Below the pieces are notes generated by a model. It saw only the letters and a program-made list of their open reading frames with translations. It was not told where the DNA came from and made no database searches. DNA of 63,771 nt, filler included, from Craspedostauros australis (lineage: Eukaryota), in NCBI GenBank assembly GCA_030167865.1. It is 10 parts of 10 records of this genome, joined end to end, with 100 filler letters (N's around TTAATTAATTAA, not from the genome) between each part and the next. Parts side by side here need not be neighbours in the genome. Positions count along the whole stretch, not along the records: positions 49,515 to 58,194 come from JALAGF010002101.1; positions 58,295 to 60,173 come from JALAGF010002102.1; positions 60,274 to 62,512 come from JALAGF010002105.1; positions 62,613 to 63,771 come from JALAGF010002117.1; 6 more parts are not named here. The stretch is one strand, 5' to 3'. Numbering within the stretch: position 1 is the first letter of the stretch; the number at the start of each line of letters is the position of its first letter. The position numbers and the translations under genes are program-made. This document shows positions 56,601 through 63,771 of the stretch, in pieces.

Positions 56601-57394
56601 GCTTATACTGTTCTCTTGTCGTCAGGTTTAACACCGGAAAATCGCTCGTTTCACTTGATCAAGATTCGTTGATTTACGGCAACACCATGAGGGACTTCCA
56701 GCAAACCATCCCATATCAGCTGACCCTCATGATACGGCAGATGGTCTTGAATCTCCGAGGTGCTTCCAACCACACAACGAAATTGATAGGAGACGCATAC
56801 GATGAAACATCACCGATATATGATGAAAACCACCCGGTGGCTGAAATGTACAATCAAGTGCGAGACACGTTCCACCTACACCTTGCGACATACTTTGGTG
56901 ACCACGAGCTTGGTTCCCGACTTGCAATCAAATATTGCCTGTACTGGCTGAAACAAACGCCATCCGTCTTTCCCCTGGCCAAATTCCTCTTCCTCAGCAC
57001 CCTCTGCTGCTTCGCCATGGCTCACAAGCACAAAGCATCCTACTACACAAAACATGCCCGCACATTCCTGAAGATATTGAAGAGGTGGGCCAAGAAGGGC
57101 AATCCGAATTGCGTCCCGTACATCGCGCTGCTGGATGCGGAGAAGAAATCCTTGAAGGGACAAGACGAAAAAGCAATGGAGCTCTACGAAACTGCCATTC
57201 GAATGGCGCAGAAACGGAAGCATACTCAAAACCAGGCCCTTGCGAACGAGAGATACTCTGCTTTCTTTGCTCGCCGAGGCAACAGAGAGAAGGCAAAGGT
57301 TCATCTAGAGGAGTCCATCGCTCTATTTAGAGAGTGGGGCGCGAACAAGAAGGTAGAGATTCTGCTGCAGCAATACCGGCGAGATTTTGAGTAA
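53636..57394 (+). CDS. STAND/AAA_16-type ATPase with helical TPR-like C-terminus; no kinase domain
   Basis: LVGREKE, Walker A ISGQSGSGKS, Walker B VMVIDDLQWAD, KTGGNMFF, YSFSHDKVQEAA, ALANER and FREWGA. Confidence 0.88.
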   Translation: MTAPKVSLAFDRVGLVGREKEIRILLHAIQSRQTRKLTSPADYEDPTSPPTDQAPAAEQVHCNTHTDTITTSSSSSSSSHSSAASDSGSHAEQGHSPPLPQLSPPITAQNQIRSLVLISGQSGSGKSSLIHQVRERLLSQPACSDIPDQVDNNEAGVPFHGFFATGKCEFSSKKEGVPYAGIQSAMMELCEQVAKRARSEMKASTVQQANAQIPRSKHQTVTSLVSQGLTTGELALLSHVIPNIEMLTTLNASNNASRGIKLEPAVPSRTVVADDAVSLSACSAAGGGDLSMNYKSHTLRIKYVLRRFMQILCSYCPVVMVIDDLQWADRESLGLVQSWLLDSRNVSLTIIGLYRSNMLDENQTLKATLASLEESKRERSIRIIKLSVEDLSIDEVALYLQCLFRVSSQQQSDKREQSETSSSLEHLMPLAEIVHAKTGGNMFFIQQYLDSLVKDGLIAQASQPAPPATAAAALPEVSGATYDASHAAEWVWDVNEINCRSAAAGDNIMDLMKMRLQKSASKHWVLSIAACLGATFSTSHVCAVITGLFIHSSHSKFFREVFQVAKIAREEEIIAALKTFRAEALIEKVDAAHAQTSAPTDSSSRRMSNTDKTTATATGTGTSVQRSNSSQYSFSHDKVQEAALSMIPTEDQLSELKYRVGEILLYALSENELSNKIFIIANLLNTRPDLMPSHRKLDRRMKIVMLNHKAGQQAASASAFHLASSYFAMAIDLLPDDHWQTLSEESLELYSSAAESHFVISNLAAARSYCKAIINHDYGILNKVRAYHVLVDISFADTENADGEGPVEMCLDLLSQLGHNLPSSTLGRMSYILRGLMATKGTLRRLESDMAGAFSLSSDEHHQAVMKTLDKLSMFTYLSAPDIVPLVAVKALKLSLKQGITMYSASALAFQGILVAALLEDVDMAHKYGTMALKVSRASDDRSLDGRILLYQHNSIHHWKHPLEESINPLMEASRSGMSVGDVESGAWGLYCSLVVRFNTGKSLVSLDQDSLIYGNTMRDFQQTIPYQLTLMIRQMVLNLRGASNHTTKLIGDAYDETSPIYDENHPVAEMYNQVRDTFHLHLATYFGDHELGSRLAIKYCLYWLKQTPSVFPLAKFLFLSTLCCFAMAHKHKASYYTKHARTFLKILKRWAKKGNPNCVPYIALLDAEKKSLKGQDEKAMELYETAIRMAQKRKHTQNQALANERYSAFFARRGNREKAKVHLEESIALFREWGANKKVEILLQQYRRDFE

Positions 57395-58294
57395 ATACAC
57401 AGGTACCATCCATACTTGGAAATGGTTGGCAAAGAGTATCCTATTTTGTGTTGTTGTCGAAATGCGCTCTCTATATGGGAGCTGCGGTATTAATGCCCAA
57501 AATGCTGAAGACAGACGCTCATCCCCGTCGAACTTCAGATTGTTGTTTTGGACAACAGAATGGCGCCAAAAAGGGCATCACTCCAAACCAACCGACAGCC
57601 AAAACGAGACACAAACGCAGAGATCTTAACCATACGACTAGTCGCGCGAGTAGAGTCCGATCCAGAGAAGTCTGGAGGGTGTGTGGGACAACATCATCCG
57701 GCCGCGTACTGGTCTCCATTTTCTCTCGCGCTGAAACCAGAGATACTTCGGTGACAATTGATTTGATTTTGTTGCCACAGCACAGCATGCATTCTTCTCA
57801 CCCCCCTGATACACCATTGAGGCCACATCAATTTTCGCCTTGGTTGTGATGGGTTGGGTGTGGGATAATATGGTATCCGAGAATCACATGCGGGACTCAA
57901 CTGGTATCCAAGGCACGAATCGATCGACTCGAAGGTATCCGAGAGTCAGACATGTGACACGATCGTATCCGAGACTGAGAAGGATCCCAGAAGCATAGCT
58001 CTACCGCCCCGCACAGTATACTACTTCAAATCGGATCCTGGAAGAGAGGCATGATTGGTTCAAACAGTCCCGCCCACCAATGACACGGATGCACGATACA
58101 TTCAAACCAAAAGAGGAGAAACTTCAGATAGCAACGCGAATGCCAAGCAACTCAATGAAGCAACATCCATACATAATTACACTCACAATTAGCANNNNNN
58201 NNNNNNNNNNNNNNNNNNNNNNNNNNNNNNNNNNNNNNTTAATTAATTAANNNNNNNNNNNNNNNNNNNNNNNNNNNNNNNNNNNNNNNNNNNN

Positions 58295-60173
58295 CTCTGT
58301 TCTGAGCCTCCATGTCAAGACTTCGCGTGGCGACCAACTCCTTCGCAAGCATCAAGCGAGCAAGGACGGTCGAGCTGTGTATCAGAGTCTCGTTGAGATT
58401 TACACCAATGGTGTCAACGGTGAGAGCGCGGCGATGGCACTTCGTGCTCGCATCGCCTCCTTCACCTTGGATAACAGCTGGAAGAAGAACCGTGAGAACT
58501 TCGTGGACACCTGGCAGGGAATCATCTCCGATATCGAAGATATGGAAGATGACGCTCTGCCGGACAACACGAAGAAGACGTGGTTGCACAACTCGATTGC
58601 TCCGGACAAGGACCTCCTCAATGCTCTCACGAGCACTTCCTACGTCCGCGACGAGATGCTCGCAGCTATGCCCTCCGGTTTCGAGATCAAGGCGGCTGGA
58701 TTCGATCACCATCTCAACTCGGTTCGGATCCATGCTCAGCGCCTCGATTCTTCCCACCCTCGTCAGACGCAAAAGCGTAACGTCAACAACGCTGCGACAG
58801 GGAAAGGAAAGGGTGGTTCTTCGGGCAAGTCTCCTGCCAAAGGCAACGGCAAGACTTACACCAACGACAAGCGCGGCCGCATTCCGAATGAGGAATGGGC
58901 AACCATGTCTTGGGCCCAGAAGAAGGACTATATGCACAACAACCCCTCCCGTAGTGCTGGCAAGGGCGACACCTCGCGTGCCGCTAATAAAGCCAAGTCC
59001 TCGGGTAACTCTTCGTCCACTCCGGCGACCAACGCTCCCGCTTCCTCCGACGCTGGCGGCAATGCGGATTCAAAGGGCGGTCCTCCGGGATCTGCTATCA
59101 ACCGCATGCTCGCGCAGGCTCGTCAGTCTGGTCAATCGACCGCTGATTTCGTCGATTCGGATGGCGGGGCGTGGCGACGGGTGAATTCTACCGTGGTCCG
59201 ATACAACTTCGAGACCTCGGTGGAGACGAAGACGGGTGCGCTTGTCGACAGTGGCGCCAATGGCGGCCTCGCTGGCGACGACGTGCTAGTTCTGTGCAAG
59301 ACGGGCACCACGGCGGACGTGAGCGGCATTGGTGATTCCACCATTGCGAGCCTGGACATTGGTACGGTCGCGGCCCTGCTTCACACGAGCAGCGGCCCGA
59401 TCATCGCCAAGTTCCACCAGTACGCTCTGTACGGGAAGGGCAAATCCATCCACTCCACCAACCAGCTCTCTGCGTTCGGTATGGATGTGAATGAACGCCC
59501 GCGTGGTCTCCCTGGTGGTCGGCAGACTGTCGTCACACCTGAGGGGCACGTCATCCCTCTGTCCATTCGTGCTGGCCTATCCTACATGGATATGCGCCCG
59601 CCAACCCCTGCTGAGATGGATCGGTACCCTCATGTGGACTTCACGTCCGATGATGTCTGGGACCCTTCCATTCTCGATCAGGAGTTCGGTCTTGATGATG
59701 TCCGCGCTCTCGCGGACGATGATGATGATGGTTCCGCATTCGCCGACCTCGATCGCCTGCATGTATATGCGGCATCGACGGATGAGGCGCGCGGCACTGT
59801 ACCGCATTCCGGGTCCGCTGGCANNNNNNNNNNNNNNNNNNNNNNNNNNNNNNNNNNNNNNNNNNNNNNNNNNNNNNNNNNNNNNNNNNNNNNNNNNNNN
59901 NNNNNNNNNNNNNNNNNNNNNNNNNNNACTTCCCAGTGGTACCGCACTTCGGAACGATTCGCGATGCGCAAGCATTTCCGCACTCGTTTTCCGGCGGCCA
60001 ACGTCGATCGTCTCCACGAGACGGTCGCGATGGACACTTTCTTCTCTGATACGCCCGCTCATGATGACGGTGTCCCTGGCCATGGTGGATGCACCATGAT
60101 CCAGGTGTTCGTTGCGCTCGACTCTCGGTACACATCGGGATTCCCGATGGCGTCCGAGCGGCAGGTCGCGGAC
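58295..60173 (+). mobile_element. CoDi-type Ty1/copia gag-protease-integrase region, partial
   Basis: Gag-like helical region, aspartic protease ALVDSGANGG, HQYA..GKGKSIHS..QL, GRQTVVTPEG, and integrase start RFPAANVDRLHETVAMDTFFS. Confidence 0.9.
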
Positions 60174-60273
60174 NNNNNNNNNNNNNNNNNNNNNNNNNNN
60201 NNNNNNNNNNNNNNNNNTTAATTAATTAANNNNNNNNNNNNNNNNNNNNNNNNNNNNNNNNNNNNNNNNNNNN

Positions 60274-60662
60274 AGCTGCTTCCAGACCGTGCATCCTATC
60301 TTTGGCGTGGTGAAGAAGACGAGCTTGTAGTGGGGAATGACGATCGGGCTTTCGTTGTACAAACGAGCCATCATCCTGTCCGCTCTGGAAACGTTGAAGT
60401 CGAACGCAAGGTCGACGTTGGTGTTGTCATTGCGTGCTCCGGCTCTCAGATGGCTGGGTGGCAACTGAACGTCCGGTGAAGAAGAAGACGGCGGTGCCGC
60501 CAAGTAATCTTCCGGCGGCACCGGATTCGTTCTTAACATACGTTGCTCCTCAGAAAATATGGTCTGCGACGCGATGATCATGAAGGCTGTTAGAGACCAC
60601 GCGGCCACGATTCCGATTCGCACCATCAACAGCCCTTTTCGGGATCGATCTTGCTTCTGCAT
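60274..60662 (-). CDS. Type II membrane sulfotransferase (Sulfotransfer_2-like), 5' part only
   Basis: N-terminal TM and KLVFFTTPKIGCTVWKQ (5'-PSB loop), cut by the contig end. Confidence 0.75.
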
Positions 60663-62021
60663 TTTGCTTGGAGTGAGTTGGCAATGGGGATATCAAGCAA
60701 TTCCTCTTTGGCGTTGCGAATACTCTCGAAAATGTGTCTGCGCTTGGTCTCTTCTTCTGTGGATGGATGGACGTCGATGGGCAATGATGGGAATGGATGG
60801 ATTTTGATGTGATGGTGGCAAAGAGGTATGAGACGAGTGTGCTCGTATGATCCTTGCTGCGGCCAGCATAGTATCTCACACTTCACCTTGGTCCATGGAT
60901 GCAGCAGGAGCGTACTCAAGATGTGCACACCTCTTTTTTTTTTTCTGCAACCGTTGATCGGGCATGGTTGAGTTTTGTACCCGCCTTTTCTGTTGATTTT
61001 GTGGGGGTGGAGGGCGCTTGTGGATTTTTGGGTCTTGTTGTTTGATTTCCTGTGGATGGGGTGTTGATCGTGACGACGCAAGTCAATGAAACTGCGCCAA
61101 CGCATGATGTCACATAGTGGTACATTTGATCCCTTCGACGTTCCAGTTGTTGTCAGGATCGTTATTCGTTCGTGTCGCAGATAACGTCAAGCCGTTGACA
61201 TGGTTCTTGATGGAAGCTCCGGGAATTCAATCGCCAATTTCAATGATGTTCATTCCCGTTTCGTTTCGTCCATGTTCCATGGTTGACGCGATGTTCGCAT
61301 TCCGACAGTTGTCGTGCAAAAGAGCGAAGGAGACAAAGCGATTTGGCATGTGAGAGGACAAGGAAGGAAGACGCAACGACAGCCAAGAGAGAAAGACAAG
61401 GCAAGATGAGAAAAAGCAAGGAGACAAGATCTGCTGTGCTCCTCCTCCGCCCAGTTAGCCGTGGTTCAAGATTGGTGGGCGCGACCAAGGTGATTCCGTC
61501 TCTGCCTGTCGCTTTCTCGCGACGCCGCGTTTCATGCCACGCCCCAGAGTCCCCCATCTCTTTGTCTATTCATGAAGTTTTGTTGTTTGTCGATGTGTTG
61601 TTGGTTCATTGGTCTATTCATTTACTTGTGCTGTATGCCTTGCGTAATATTTGCTTATGTATTGTTGGTCTTTCCGTTCTTTTCGTTGTATTCGTGACCT
61701 GTTTGTCAATACTGTTGTCGTTGTTGTTGTCAGTGTTGTTTCTGCTGATCCTCGCTCTGGTGTGCGAATGGAACGCAGAGTGTCAAGACCCCACACGAAA
61801 ATTGGGGTCTACCAGATGCTGTAAGTGTGTATGATATGGTACGGTATGGTTTGATATGGCATACTGTGTGTACTGCCCAGTCGATGGGAGTACTCTATGT
61901 ACACATGCTGTACTCGTGTGTACTCGTGTGTCCTCACGTGGAAGATTGTCCGGAGTCCTCCACTGCTGCGCAACTGCGATTGCAGTTGCACCTGAGAATG
62001 CGGCGGAGCGTGCGCTCGAAA

Positions 62022-62512
62022 TTAAGCAAAGGCACCTGCCTTGGCCGCTGCGGACTTCTTGGCCGCCTGCTGGAAGTTGTTCTGCTCGAACCTGCGCTGA
62101 GCACGGCGCTCGCCGTTCTTGGAGATCTTGTTGGCCGCGTATCCACCGATGGGGCCGCCGAGCACCAAGCCCACTGGGCCTGCCACTAACGTGCCAAAGA
62201 CGACACCGCCGGCCACGCCTGCGACGGTCTTGGCCTTGCGCTGTTGCTTCATGGTTTTCTTCTCTGGGTGGACGGCGTCGGATCCGTTTGGATTGCGGGT
62301 TCTTGGAGCGGAGAGGGATCTTCCGTTGCCATTGGCATTGCCGTTGTACTGAACGAGCGCTCCTCTTGGCGGAGTGACGCTTCTGGCCCTAGACTGACCG
62401 CGCTTGAATCTGGCGAGCGCATCCTCCTGGGCTTTGATGAATTCCTGAGAGTACCCGCTGGTGTTGTTGTCGGTGGCAACCAGATCGGTGGATACTGGCG
62501 TTGGTGTTGTTG
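62022..62512 (-). CDS. 3' part of a glycine-zipper protein
   Basis: The frame is open from the contig edge through VAGVAGGVVFGTLVAGPVGLVLGGPIGGYAA to the stop at 62022. Confidence 0.6.
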
Positions 62513-62612
62513 NNNNNNNNNNNNNNNNNNNNNNNNNNNNNNNNNNNNNNNNNNNNTTAATTAATTAANNNNNNNNNNNNNNNNNNNNNNNNNNNNNNNN
62601 NNNNNNNNNNNN

Positions 62613-63771
62613 CGTCATGGATGACGGGTGAGTAGTGCTCTTGGAAGTCCACTCCTGCGACTTGTGAATAGCCACATGCAACGAGCCGCGCTCGATATGT
62701 GCTGTCACGCTTCAACTTGAAGACCCATTTGCGCTTGCAGCATCTGCGGCCGTGTGGGATGGCGTCTGGTTTGATCTTGCTATACACCTTGCGTGTATCC
62801 ATGGAGTCGAACTCTTTCTTGATGGCTGCTCGATATCCCTTCCGATGGATAGGATCTGGGTGATTGAAGGCTCCGTCGAACGTTGTAGGTTCGATGTGCT
62901 TCTCTGGTTCCTTATTCTCGTCCTGCATCGACAGTCCGATGTCGATTGCTGGTGACTCGGTAATGATCGCGTTCATCCCGTATAGTCCTGTTGTACTATG
63001 ATGAGTGATTTCGATCTCTTCTTCTTCGTCTTCGATCTCTTCGTCATCTGTAGTTTCGTTGTTGGATTCGTCGGTTATCTCATCGCTGAGTTTGTCACTA
63101 TCTTCATTGGATGATGACTTGCTCTCATAGCCTTCCTCCTTTCGACCTCGTTCATTGAAGTCTGCGAGCTCACGTAGAGCTCTGGGAATACTCTTCCCTG
63201 TAGTTGATTTAGGATTAGCTTCTCCCTTCCTGCCTCGTGCTTCGTGACGTCGGATCCTCTCCTTTCTAGCTACGTCACGCTTGCTTGGTTTGGTTGGTGG
63301 AGGTCTCGATTGTGTATCATGCGTAGATCTTGCTGGTGTGTTCGGAGGAGTGACACCTGTGTCATCGTCGGCTTCGTCGCCGGATGGTGGGATATCGTCA
63401 TCCTCATGGTTGGACTCGCTCCGATCTTCATCGTCGTTATGAATTAGTTGAGTTACTGCTCCATCATCTTCATCATCCTCATCATCGCTGTCTGATAGGA
63501 TGTGATATTTGTTCGTGTCAGCGAAAGATACTCTCTTTGCTTCTGATGCTTGACGCGTTGCCGTCTTTGGCATTGCTCCCTTCCGTCCAATAGTTGTGAA
63601 GCCGTCTGCGTCCGTTGTTCCTGTTTCAATGGATATGTTCGGCGCTGGAGCCCAGCCGCAAAACTGTCCGTATGATTGGTTGAGCCACTTGATGTCGCAA
63701 GAACAGACCAGTGATTTGGTTGATGGTCTGTACATGTTGTAGACCCCTGATGCGTGTTGGTGTGCATATCC
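62613..63771 (-). mobile_element. Ty1/copia pol fragment: post-integrase region, acidic linker and RT start
   Basis: MYRPSTK...SCDIKW, EPTTFDGA, AIKKEFDSM and KRKWVFKLKRDSTYRARLVACGYSQVAGVDF...SPV. Confidence 0.93.

Overview
This is eukaryotic nuclear DNA, most likely from a diatom. The evidence is GT-AG introns, a bipartite ASAFAP-type plastid presequence on HSP90, CoDi-like Ty1/copia fragments, a cyclase-PDE fusion and a type II LRR protein. The window is not contiguous: about ten unrelated contigs are joined by artificial 100-bp N/TTAATTAATTAA/N spacers, so synteny holds only within a contig. Gene-rich contigs carry PrmC/HemK, plastid HSP90, an IscA-type Fe-S protein, a divergent NC2-beta/Dr1-like histone-fold protein, an FkbM methyltransferase, ankyrin-BTB, two sulfotransferase-like proteins, a PLAC8-like/PrsW protease, Cys-rich surface proteins, an LRR protein, a hotdog thioesterase and a kinase-less STAND-type ATPase. 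The rest is copia retroelement fragments, LTR-like repeats, a nested satellite and CpG-decayed pseudogenes. The standout observation is a circularly permuted tRNA-Arg(ACG) gene at 10989-11065 (minus strand). Its 3' half precedes its 5' half, the break is at 37/38, the flanks can form a relaxed bulge-helix-bulge, and a Pol III T-run follows. I know this gene architecture from red algae, prasinophytes, a nucleomorph and one archaeon, but not from diatoms. All family assignments are from motif recognition, not database searches.
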